Shown here in pieces: positions 1 through 9,540 of a stretch of 64,000 nt of DNA; within the stretch, counting starts at the first letter, position 1, and the number at the start of each line of letters is the position of its first letter. Under the pieces are notes generated by a model, which was not told the origin of the DNA, searched no databases, and was given only the letters and a program-made list of their open reading frames with translations. The position numbers and the translations under genes are program-made. The DNA comes from Nitrosopumilus sp. (GTDB lineage Archaea; Thermoproteota; Nitrososphaeria; Nitrososphaerales; Nitrosopumilaceae), in the NCBI GenBank assembly GCA_965207445.1, contig CBDBLX010000002.1, positions 1,463,849-1,527,848 on the forward strand. The letters are read 5' to 3'.

Positions 1-167
1 TCCAAATTTAGGCACAAATTCACCGCCTAACGTCTGGCGTAGGTACGGTAAGTCCAGTAGGCAGTCGTGCTTTATATTGTGGACACAAATTCACCGCCTA
101 ACGTCTGGCGTAGTCTTGTAGCAAAAAATCAAAACAAAGACGAGTTGATAGAGAGTTGAACGGTTAC
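1..167 (+). mobile_element. Rearranged copy of the GTAACC-MITE (left end outside window)
   Basis: 1-48 matches the MITE interior at 12545-12592. The segment cacaaattcaccgcctaacgtctggcgtag is duplicated at ~84-113. The right TIR gttgaacggttac ends at 167. Confidence 0.75.
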
Positions 168-425
168 GGCTTGAAATTGGTGTATTAACTAGTTAATATA
201 TATAATTGTGAATCAAGTATATAATTCTCGAACCCGATAATGTTATCTACATCATTGAACCTTTTATCTACATCATTCTTCATTTCATTTATGTTTTTAT
301 TTACATTTTTGAATGCAGTTAATATATAATCTTTATCTGCTTGATAGGTTTCATTCTTAACATAACCATCATTATTTGATGTTAGTTAGACATAGTCCTA
401 TATAATTGGTTTCTAATTCATAGCC

Positions 426-889
426 GTAACCGTTCAACCCTTTCCCAAATCAATATGAGAGATGGTCATATTCCCGTAAGCAGATTCTGGGCATGTTTTT
501 TTGCTAGTTCGATCTTTGCACTGTTGTGGACACAAAAGATGAAAAAGACACGTCGGTGGATGAAAAAGACGTGATCATGTTCGCTCCGACGACGATCATG
601 ATAGTCGTGCCTGCCATAGTGGTCAGCTACATGACTGGAATGGACATGTTCGCCACACCTGAGGACATGTGGGATACCAATGCCTTATTTACCATATTCG
701 GTTTCCTAATCTACATACCGGTCGGGATTGCAGTGCCTATCTATTTTATGTTCAAGTGGGCTACCGAATACAATCTGTTAAACTTTGGCTACAAGTCAAA
801 GTATGAATGGGAACAGGCAAACGACACAAACGAGTCGTGACGGACATATTAACAATCTATTGGCGCGGGCACAAGAGTTGAATGGTTAC
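426..889 (+). mobile_element. Expanded GTAACC-MITE carrying cargo DNA
   Basis: Left end gtaaccgttcaaccctttcccaaat (426-450) and right end tggcgcgggcacaagagttgaatggttac (861-889) match the two ends of the 81-bp MITE. About 410 bp of unrelated DNA lies between them. Confidence 0.7.
526..840 (+). CDS. Small membrane protein (2 hydrophobic segments), possibly the 3' part of a frameshifted gene starting at ~455
   Basis: 104-aa ORF with two hydrophobic stretches. An upstream hydrophobic frame starts at ATG 455, and gatgaaaaagac is duplicated (538, 559) at the junction. Confidence 0.5.
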   Translation: MDTKDEKDTSVDEKDVIMFAPTTIMIVVPAIVVSYMTGMDMFATPEDMWDTNALFTIFGFLIYIPVGIAVPIYFMFKWATEYNLLNFGYKSKYEWEQANDTNES

Positions 890-1113
890 AATTGGCGTGT
901 TGTACATCTTTTGAATACTTTATCCAAAAATCATACTCGTATGAGTATTACAACAAGTCTTTTCATTTGTCTCATTGATTCAAGGTACAAACGACTTTGC
1001 GGCGGTGTGTAGTTTGGCTGTTTTTATTTTAATAAAAAGTGCCAGTTAACTAGAATGTATAACTCTGTATTTCCACTAAAACAGTATAATGATTATATAT
1101 AATGTAAAAAATA

Positions 1114-1983
1114 TTACATCCGCGCAATACGTCTAAACTGTGAATCATTATGCAATGGTACAAATGCAGGTTCCTCTCGCGCCCACTTTCTTATTGACTT
1201 TGATTTTGATGATGCTGCAAGTTTTAGATATTCCAAGGATTCAGAGTATCGCCCCAATGCAGCAAGGCTACGTGATTTTGCATACGTAAGATTGACATTA
1301 CGATCATGTGATTTTAACAGATGATCATACACCACAAGTGCTTCTTCGTGACGACCAACTTCTGCAAGTTCAATTCCCTTGTGAAAGTACGCATCTTTAT
1401 TATTTTGATCTTTTTTTAATATCTGCTCAAAACAGTCTAAAGACTCTTTATGACGTTTTAGTTTACCAAGTACAATTCCCTTGTAAAATACGGCATTTTG
1501 TTTTTTTGGCTCTAGTTTGTGGGCTTTTTCTAACATTTCAATTGCATCATTATGTTCTTTTAAACGGTCAAGTAATACACCCATGTTAAAATAAGATGCT
1601 GCATGTTTAGGATCAGCATCAATTGCCCTTTGATAGTATTCTGCTGCATCCTGTATGTTTCCCATCTCAGCTAGCGCTATACCTCTGTTATTCAAGGCTT
1701 TGACATCATCAGGTGTAATAGCAAGTAGTTGATCAAAACATGTCACAGCATCAGAATATTTTTTGAGTACATTGAGCACCATACCCTTACCATACAATGC
1801 ACGTGTATTTTTAGAATCATGTTTTAAGATGTGGTTGTACAATGCAACTGCATCTTTGTGTTTACCTGAATCTACAAGTGATGATGCGCGATGCAACAAC
1901 ATAGGTGTATTCGTAGAGTCACTTTTATTTTGATCAGTATTACGATTAGTCTTAAAAAAACGCATAGTTATATCACAAAACAA
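1114..1983 (-). CDS. Tetratricopeptide repeat protein
   Basis: Tandem 34-aa TPR consensus repeats (ALYGKGMVL, ALNNRGIAL, SYFNMGVLL, AVFYKGIVL, AYFHKGIEL). Confidence 0.9.
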   Translation of the reverse strand: MFCDITMRFFKTNRNTDQNKSDSTNTPMLLHRASSLVDSGKHKDAVALYNHILKHDSKNTRALYGKGMVLNVLKKYSDAVTCFDQLLAITPDDVKALNNRGIALAEMGNIQDAAEYYQRAIDADPKHAASYFNMGVLLDRLKEHNDAIEMLEKAHKLEPKKQNAVFYKGIVLGKLKRHKESLDCFEQILKKDQNNKDAYFHKGIELAEVGRHEEALVVYDHLLKSHDRNVNLTYAKSRSLAALGRYSESLEYLKLAASSKSKSIRKWAREEPAFVPLHNDSQFRRIARM

Positions 1984-2000
1984 GGTAAATTTACATTTTG

Positions 2001-2201
2001 TTAATTACTACTATTAGCGCCTAACATCTTGAATTTTTTGATCGACTCTTTTGCCATATCTTCTTGCTCTAATGCAGACGTGGCTAGTGGATCAGATGTG
2101 GCATATGCTTCCGTGGTTTGCTCATTTTCATTGCCATTATTGTGGTTGTTATTATTATTATTATTATCATCAATGGATGTTTGTTCTTTCATATGTAACA
2201 T
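2001..2201 (-). CDS. Small hypothetical protein with poly-Asn tract
   Basis: 66-aa ORF directly upstream of and co-oriented with the TPR gene; low complexity. Confidence 0.3.
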   Translation of the reverse strand: MLHMKEQTSIDDNNNNNNNHNNGNENEQTTEAYATSDPLATSALEQEDMAKESIKKFKMLGANSSN

Positions 2202-2365
2202 GTCATATGTAATATGTCATATAAATATATACAGTATAAAAATTAGTATTTTTATATCATTATTGGCAGATATTTAGATGATGGTGTATAGAGGTATAGT
2301 ATACTAGTTGTAGGTATTTTTTACATATTTGAAAGTAAATTTTGTTTGTAAAGTGATATCAATGC

Positions 2366-2432
2366 ACAACTCATACAAACACGCACCTCATACAAACACA
2401 CAACTCATACAAACACGCACCTCATACAAACA
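2366..2432. repeat. 17-bp minisatellite, 4 copies (ctcatacaaacacrcam)
   Basis: Directly visible tandem repeat with no spacers. Confidence 0.85.
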
Positions 2433-2583
2433 TGACTCAAAATACAACAAACTTTTTTTTCAATTTATAGCACTAAATGCCAAATAATTATCTGCACGAC
2501 TAATTTGAGCAGAATATCAAGATTAAACAACACATGACAACCAACTCCAAACACAAAATAACCATTGCATATTATAAAATTTA

Positions 2584-3606
2584 ATGGGTGTAAACATCAA
2601 AGACATCATTACAAAAGAAAAGACGACTGTTGAATACTTTGCATCAAAGACAATAGCCATTGATGCATACAATGCAATATACCAATTTCTAGCAAGTATA
2701 CGAGGTGTAGATGGTCAACATTTATCAGATTCAAGAGGAAATGTAACTAGTCATCTTAGTGGATTATACAACAGAAACATTAGTTTTCTTACAGCAGGAA
2801 TAAAGCCAATCTACGTATTTGATGGCAAATCCCCATCGTTAAAATCAGCAGAGATAGAGCGACGGGCTCAGATCAAAAAAGATGCGGCCATCAAATACGA
2901 AATAGCAATCAAAGAAGGTAACATGCAAGATGCCAAAAAATACGCCCAACAGACAACATCACTACAAGATCACATGATAGACGAGGCAAAACAACTGTTA
3001 GATTTACTAGGTATTCCATATGTTAATGCACCATCTGAAGGAGAGGCAACAGCAGCTTTTATGTCAAATAACGGATTAGCATATGCAGCTGCAAGTCAAG
3101 ATTATGATTCTGTGCTGTTTGGCGCAAAGCGTTTAATCAGAAATTTTACAAATAGTGGAAGACGTAAAGTCCCAAATAAAAATACGTACATAGATGTTGT
3201 ACCAGAGATCATAGAGACACAAAAGGTACTAGACAACCTAGAATTATCTCAAGGGCAATTAATTGACGTTAGTATATTGGTCGGTACTGACTTTAATCCA
3301 AATGGTTTTAGGAGAATAGGTCCAAAAACTGCACTCAAGTTGATCAGAAAATATAATAAATTAGAAGAGATTCCAGATATACAAGAACAATTAAACAAAG
3401 TAGATTATGAACAAATACGTGAGATATTTTTAAACCCCAAAGTACCAGATACAATTGATATAAAATTTGATACAATAAATACAGATGGGGTAATAGAGTA
3501 TTTAGTAGAACAAAAAGAGTTCAAGCGTGATAGAATACAGAATTCACTTGATAGACTCAAAAAAGCACAAGAGAGACATAATGAAAATCTTGACAAGTGG
3601 TTTTAG
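2584..3606 (+). CDS. fen: Flap endonuclease 1
   Basis: MGV start, [48 protein letters not shown] helix-3-turn-helix, and a C-terminal PIP-box-like LDKWF. Confidence 0.97.
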   Translation: MGVNIKDIITKEKTTVEYFASKTIAIDAYNAIYQFLASIRGVDGQHLSDSRGNVTSHLSGLYNRNISFLTAGIKPIYVFDGKSPSLKSAEIERRAQIKKDAAIKYEIAIKEGNMQDAKKYAQQTTSLQDHMIDEAKQLLDLLGIPYVNAPSEGEATAAFMSNNGLAYAAASQDYDSVLFGAKRLIRNFTNSGRRKVPNKNTYIDVVPEIIETQKVLDNLELSQGQLIDVSILVGTDFNPNGFRRIGPKTALKLIRKYNKLEEIPDIQEQLNKVDYEQIREIFLNPKVPDTIDIKFDTINTDGVIEYLVEQKEFKRDRIQNSLDRLKKAQERHNENLDKWF

Positions 3607-3969
3607 TTAACAAAGATGTAACAAACAACAACAACAACAACACGCAATGTGTTTTATATGATTTTATTTAAACAATCTATAATATCGTTTAACGTCGATA
3701 ATTATACTTGATCAGATCAAATAGAAAATATGTATATAGGAATATTCTAGTACCTTTGAATAGATATAAAAATATGTACTAGAACATCAATATTAATTAG
3801 GACTGACAAAAAACGAGTTTGCATCAGATCAAAAGTACTAGAATCGATCAAGACCAGTGTCAATGTGATAGAGTTGTTGACAGATGGCTAAATTTGACCT
3901 AAATTTATATCAAAACCATAATCTCAACATTACATTAACAGTTATTTACCAACATGTGTAGACTAACTC

Positions 3970-4503
3970 GTGAGACAAACAAAAGCTAGAATGGTTCTCA
4001 AAGATGCACCACTTATGTGGAGAAGAATAAACTCAATAGGCATTATAATAGATTGTAACAGTACATATGCTGCAAAATTAAAGTATACAAAATCAGAAAT
4101 AATAGGCAAGCCCATATTTGCTCATGTGCCTAAAGCATCATGGAATACAATGACAGAGTCACTTACAAAATGGTTTGAGACAGGTCAAGTGACGGACCAA
4201 AAGATTACATTTCTTAAAAACGATGGAACCACATTTCCAGGGTTGCTTCAAGCTGTAAGTATATATGATCATAGAGGGGCACTTTTAGGTAGTAATACTG
4301 TCATATTTGATCTAAATGAGATGGATGACACACATATTACAACATATGAGAACTTTATTAAAAATGCAAATAAATCTCTTTTAGAGATAAAAATAGATGA
4401 TCATAATAGAATGGAGAAGATCTCAAAATCAGAATGTGAAGGACTAAAAGCAATGTTTGAGATGCTTGCAGAAGTAGACATTGCAGGATTAAAAAATCAA
4501 TAA
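3970..4503 (+). CDS. Stand-alone PAS-domain protein
   Basis: PAS motifs GIIIDCNSTYAAKLKYTKSEIIGK, LKNDGTTFP and YDHRGALLG; no output domain recognised. Confidence 0.8.
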   Translation: MRQTKARMVLKDAPLMWRRINSIGIIIDCNSTYAAKLKYTKSEIIGKPIFAHVPKASWNTMTESLTKWFETGQVTDQKITFLKNDGTTFPGLLQAVSIYDHRGALLGSNTVIFDLNEMDDTHITTYENFIKNANKSLLEIKIDDHNRMEKISKSECEGLKAMFEMLAEVDIAGLKNQ

Positions 4504-4935
4504 TATGGTTGATGTAATTTCCAAGCCAGTCACATATTATTGTTAATAATAGTAATAATAAATTATAGTTTTAAATGATATTTTTGATATAATTTAACAA
4601 ATAAGAGAACAACACATGGAGAACAACACATAGAGAACAATACATAGAAAAAATTTCATATTAATATGTGATTGAATATGAATATGTTGTGAATTGAATA
4701 TAATGTTTGAATATAGTGGTTTGAATATAGCGTACTTATGAGGATAAAAATATCACAAAGTAAAGATTAAGAGATAGTAATTAAATAGTATGTTTTTGTG
4801 TGGATGTGACATGGGAGTGTGACATGAGAGTGTGACTATAAATATACAAAAATGCATTTAATTTTCTATTTAAAGGAGAATATAATAAAAGAAAAAACAA
4901 TATAGTATATCAAAAATACACGCCTCTCTCATGCA

Positions 4936-7035
4936 TTATTGTATAAATTCAGATATTATATTACGAATCTCATCTACCACATTTGCATCCTCAATAGTAC
5001 TTGTATCACCTATTTGTTCACCAAGTACAAGTGAGCGCAATAGTCGTCGCATGATCTTGCCACTTCGAGTCTTGGGTAATCGAGATACCACATACACCGC
5101 ACTTGGAGTCGCAATTGCACCAATATCATCACGTATTTTTTGTATGATTTCAGATTTCAACTGTGTATTAGTAGTGTGATGTGAATCATCAGTTATCTTT
5201 GGTACTGCAAATGCCACTATACTTGCACCCTTTATTTCATCAGGTATCTCACATACAGCAGATTCAGCAACATTATTGTGAGATACTATACAACTCTCAA
5301 CTTCTGCAGTACCAATACGATGCCCTGCGATTTTCAAGACATCATCGGCGCGTCCCAAAATCCACACATAGCCATCCTCATCAATACGAGCATAATCCCC
5401 AGAGTGGTACAGTCCAGGATAACGAGTCCAATATGCAGATTTGTATCGGTCATCATCATTCCACAGTGTAAGTAGCATCCCAGGCCATGGATTTCGAATT
5501 ACCAATTGTCCTCTTGTATTTACAGGCACAGATTCTCCATTATCATCAAGTATGTCAAGATCAATTCCAGGTATTGGTAGAGTAGCTGAGCCAGGTTTTA
5601 GTAAGGTGTTTTCGATTGCAGGTAATGGAGATATCAACATTCCACCAGTCTCTGTCTGCCACCACGTATCTACGATTGGGCAACGTTCTTGGCCCACTCT
5701 CTTGTGATACCACCTCCACACTTCAGGATTTATGGGCTCACCAACTGTTCCAAGTAATCGTAATGTATCAAACATTTGAGATGATGGTTGTATGGTGTTA
5801 GGATGATCATGTGTACTAGTAGCATTATCATAATTGTCAAATCTCATCAACATACGCAACAGAGTCGGTGTAGTGTAAAATATCGTAACTTTATGATCTT
5901 GTATTATCTTCCACATTCGTGTATGGTCTGGATAGTCTGGTGCCCCCTCATACATTACAGATGTGAGCCCATGCATTAGTGGAGCATATACCACATAACT
6001 GTGCCCCGTAACCCATCCGACATCAGCAGTGCAAAAGTAGACATCATTAGGTAGTGTGTGTGGCACATCTTTACCATCATTGTTTTTAGTGTTATTATCA
6101 CCACCACTATCTGCATCAGTATTACTATCTGCATCAGTATTACTATCTACATCAGTATTACTATCTGCATCAGACATTTCATTATTATTCACACCAAAAG
6201 CCCATCCAAATGTAGCATACACATGTGTCAAATATCCACCCGTTCCGTGTAAAACACCTTTTGGCTTGCCAGTTGTCCCAGAGGTATATAATATGAATAA
6301 TGGATGAGTACTCTCAAGAGGTAGTGGCTTGCATTCAGATGGCATAGCACTCATAATATCATCCCAATACTTGTCCCGAGGTATGGTCATGGGTACGTCA
6401 CGACCAGTCCGACGAAAAACTATCACATGTTCTACATCATCAATATCAGATATAGCATCATCAACTATGGACTTTAACTCTACAATCTTACCACGTCTAT
6501 ATCCACCATCAGCAGTAATTATCACCTTTGAGCCAGAATCAGACACACGATCTTTGATTGATGTAGAACTGAATCCAGAGAATATGACAGTATGAGTAGC
6601 TCCTATTCTAGCACACCCTAGCATTGCAATTACCAATTCAGGTATCATCGGCATGTATATCGTCACACGATCACCACTCCTCACACCAAGTGAACAAAGT
6701 GCATTTGCAAAACGTCGAGTCTCATTATACATATCCCCATATGTAATCACGCGGTTTGTTCCATCTTCTGCCACCCATATTATAGCAGGTTTCTCAGAGT
6801 GTTTTGGTATATGTCTGTCCACTGCATTATAACAAGCATTTGTTTTGCCACCAACAAACCATCTAGCAAAAGGAGGATTCCAATCCAGTGTATGTTCAAA
6901 TGGCTCAAACCATTCAATTCCACGTCGTGATTGTTCTGCCCAAAATGAAACTAGATCAGATAAAGCCCATTTACGAATATAATTATTATAATTATTATTA
7001 TTACTTGATTTTGTGAGATTAATACGCTCACGCAT
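4936..7035 (-). CDS. acs: AMP-forming acetyl-CoA synthetase
   Basis: YTSGTTGKPKG, TADVGWVTGHSY, VGEPINPE, DTWWQTETGG, LPKTRSGKIMRR. Confidence 0.95.
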   Translation of the reverse strand: MRERINLTKSSNNNNYNNYIRKWALSDLVSFWAEQSRRGIEWFEPFEHTLDWNPPFARWFVGGKTNACYNAVDRHIPKHSEKPAIIWVAEDGTNRVITYGDMYNETRRFANALCSLGVRSGDRVTIYMPMIPELVIAMLGCARIGATHTVIFSGFSSTSIKDRVSDSGSKVIITADGGYRRGKIVELKSIVDDAISDIDDVEHVIVFRRTGRDVPMTIPRDKYWDDIMSAMPSECKPLPLESTHPLFILYTSGTTGKPKGVLHGTGGYLTHVYATFGWAFGVNNNEMSDADSNTDVDSNTDADSNTDADSGGDNNTKNNDGKDVPHTLPNDVYFCTADVGWVTGHSYVVYAPLMHGLTSVMYEGAPDYPDHTRMWKIIQDHKVTIFYTTPTLLRMLMRFDNYDNATSTHDHPNTIQPSSQMFDTLRLLGTVGEPINPEVWRWYHKRVGQERCPIVDTWWQTETGGMLISPLPAIENTLLKPGSATLPIPGIDLDILDDNGESVPVNTRGQLVIRNPWPGMLLTLWNDDDRYKSAYWTRYPGLYHSGDYARIDEDGYVWILGRADDVLKIAGHRIGTAEVESCIVSHNNVAESAVCEIPDEIKGASIVAFAVPKITDDSHHTTNTQLKSEIIQKIRDDIGAIATPSAVYVVSRLPKTRSGKIMRRLLRSLVLGEQIGDTSTIEDANVVDEIRNIISEFIQ

Positions 7036-7094
7036 GTAATTGGTACATATTTACATTATCTAAATGTTAAAAAAAATATAGTGTTGGCAGTAGT

Positions 7095-8492
7095 TTATTG
7101 AGATTCCATTCTAGATAACCAGTCATCATCGTTTTTTGGTGATGATGGTGATGGTGTTGTTGTTGCTGTTGCTACAGATGGTGTTTGTGATGATTGTGTT
7201 TGTGATGGTGTTTGTGGGGCCAAATTCTTTGGGGGTTCTGGAAACACGACCTCTTCATCATGTTGCTGGACATGATCAAATGTATTTGGTGAGGGTTGTG
7301 TCTGCGGCACACCTTGCAGCTGTTGTGAAACATACGGTACCTCAATATACGAGGGCGTCTGTTGTTGCAACGGCTGTTGTTGTTGTTGTTGTTGTTGCAG
7401 GTATGATTGTGTGTTTGGCACCGAGTTGGGTTGTTGTACAATAGTGTCAGTCTCTGTTGTATGCAAATCCGATACATCTTTTGATGTATTTACATTCGAT
7501 ACATTTGCATCTGCAATTGGCGCTGTGTTTGGTGCTTTTGCATCTACTGCTGGAGTAGGCACAATCACGGGCTCTTGTGGCACATTTGTATCAACAATAG
7601 TATTGCCACTACCCTCAGCACCAGTTGCCACAGTATCGTTTGTTGTGGACTGCGTTGAGATGACATCTACATCAGAGGCTTCCACTGCCTGTGTTATAGT
7701 CTCTGAATCTGTGTTTGGTATATGATTTGGTTTCTGATCCATTAAAGGATCTTTGACATCTGCCACCTGTTGTTCCATCAAATTTGGTACACCGCTAGGT
7801 GATGATATGAGAGGTGCTTCCATAGGTGCCACTATAGATGAAGTATGTTCATCTTCAGTAGCCGTAGCACTTATCATGTCATTTACTTCTTGCACCTGAG
7901 TCTCCAATCCATCGAGTCTAGTCTTTATGTTTTTGATCTCTTTGATCTCATGAGACATGTGTTCTATCAAATTACCTGTTGATAATTTTACTGTCTCAAG
8001 AGTCTCTTCTGAAATCTCGTTGCTCTTGTATCGAATCTTTGCATCAAAGAAGAGCATTTTACTAGATCGCAGTTGATCGTCGAGTTCTTCTAGTCGTGTA
8101 TCAAGAGTCATCTTGAGGGATACTGCTAGACTTTGTAATGAGGCCAGTTTGCTACGGTATTGGTCCTGAACAATCTCCGCATCAACATGCATCTCATCAG
8201 TATCGTCTTCTGCCATAATCTCAACTAATGCTCTCAGACGACTTAGAGTGTATTTCTTCTCTCGAATTAATCTCTGCGAGTCGAGTCTCCATTGTGGAAT
8301 GTAGATGACAATGTCTTCCTGAGTCACCAGATGCTCATCAAGTATCATCTGTAACCCCTGGGTGCCGCAGTCAACACCAACTGATTTGATGGTACCATCA
8401 ATGTCAGTTATTGTTCCTACAACCTTACCCATGTAAGAGCCATAGATATTCTTGACAGATTTGCCGATGATCTCAGCATTATCATGTGTCAT
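7095..8492 (-). CDS. cdvA: CdvA-like cell division protein with long low-complexity C-terminal linker
   Basis: N-terminal PRC-barrel-like region (IIGKSVKNIYGSYMGKVVG..SVGVD), coiled coil, Q/P/T-rich tail and terminal WLSRME motif, as in thaumarchaeal CdvA. Confidence 0.8.
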   Translation of the reverse strand: MTHDNAEIIGKSVKNIYGSYMGKVVGTITDIDGTIKSVGVDCGTQGLQMILDEHLVTQEDIVIYIPQWRLDSQRLIREKKYTLSRLRALVEIMAEDDTDEMHVDAEIVQDQYRSKLASLQSLAVSLKMTLDTRLEELDDQLRSSKMLFFDAKIRYKSNEISEETLETVKLSTGNLIEHMSHEIKEIKNIKTRLDGLETQVQEVNDMISATATEDEHTSSIVAPMEAPLISSPSGVPNLMEQQVADVKDPLMDQKPNHIPNTDSETITQAVEASDVDVISTQSTTNDTVATGAEGSGNTIVDTNVPQEPVIVPTPAVDAKAPNTAPIADANVSNVNTSKDVSDLHTTETDTIVQQPNSVPNTQSYLQQQQQQQQPLQQQTPSYIEVPYVSQQLQGVPQTQPSPNTFDHVQQHDEEVVFPEPPKNLAPQTPSQTQSSQTPSVATATTTPSPSSPKNDDDWLSRMESQ

Positions 8493-8847
8493 GTCACATA
8501 ATCATAGGTTTTGTATAACAAGTTGCGTGTAAAAAATGTTAAACCATTTTGTCAAATTACGTGTACCAAATATAGACAACAAGCACGCAATTGTGGCAAA
8601 TAGATGCAAAATTGGTGCAAAAATACTCCAAAGGTAGATTTTACACTCAAATCAATTTAGTACGTATAGTAAAATAACTTGCTCACTGTATATTTTAGGC
8701 ACATTTGATCATATTGTCACGTCTTTTTTGTTTGTTTGTTTGTTTTTTTTTTTGATGTATATAGTTCAGCATACCACCTAGAATGTATGCTGCCTATGGT
8801 ATGTACTGCCTAGGGCAATGCTGTATGTAGTTTTTTTAAAAAAGATG

Positions 8848-8910
8848 TAATCTCTTTGGACGCAATAATGAAATTAACGTCTGGCGCAAACACAGTTGAT
8901 GAACGATTAG
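8848..8910 (+). mobile_element. Highly degenerate GTAACC-MITE remnant
   Basis: taacgtctggcgca core (~8875-8888) followed by tgaacgatta, resembling the right TIR. Confidence 0.4.
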
Positions 8911-8922
8911 AGAATGCATTGG

Positions 8923-9519
8923 TTAGTTGTGTGTTGCATATATTGTGCGCGGCTTTACATCTCCGGTTTGATATATCTCTGTTTTGAGTTGAATGTTACC
9001 GAATTCAGGATGTACCATATCAATTACAATAGGATGTACTACCCAACCATACTTTGGTACAGAATTAAATTCCACATGAGTGACAAAAAAAGGTCCCGGC
9101 ATTACCTCCCTGTATGATTGAGATAGTCCGAGTACCTCTAAATTCACAGGAATCTCTGCGCCTGTTTTATCATTAAAAGTTACAACAACAAATTTTTCTA
9201 AAGGGTGATACACTGCATCAACTGACAATGCTTTTTTTGCACCTTCAATTGAATCCTGATCATACCCAGTATTTGATGCATGCAATACAAAAGCAGTAAT
9301 AATTATCGCTGTAATTAAAAGTACAATGATAAATGCGCGTAATCTATTATAATTATATGAATTATTAATATTATTTTTACTATTATGGTTGTGATTGTGA
9401 TTGTGATTGTGATCATCATTAATACTAGCATTATTTTTATGATCGTCTAAGTGATCATTAGTATGATCACCATTATAATTATTATTCTTCAACTTTATGA
9501 CCTTGTTTTTATTTATCAT
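8923..9519 (-). CDS. Membrane-anchored hypothetical protein with Asn/His-rich N-terminus
   Basis: Single TM segment (AFIIVLLITAIIITAFVL) followed by a beta-rich domain; lies downstream of the M1 peptidase on the same strand. Confidence 0.75.
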   Translation of the reverse strand: MINKNKVIKLKNNNYNGDHTNDHLDDHKNNASINDDHNHNHNHNHNSKNNINNSYNYNRLRAFIIVLLITAIIITAFVLHASNTGYDQDSIEGAKKALSVDAVYHPLEKFVVVTFNDKTGAEIPVNLEVLGLSQSYREVMPGPFFVTHVEFNSVPKYGWVVHPIVIDMVHPEFGNIQLKTEIYQTGDVKPRTIYATHN

Positions 9520-9540
9520 TCATCATATTGTAATTACACA

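Noticed and set aside
2366..4840. Short intergenic tandem repeats (2366-2432, ~4604-4646, ~4806-4836) as CRISPR or iterons
   Set aside because: No spacers and no replication gene; consistent with general slippage repeats.
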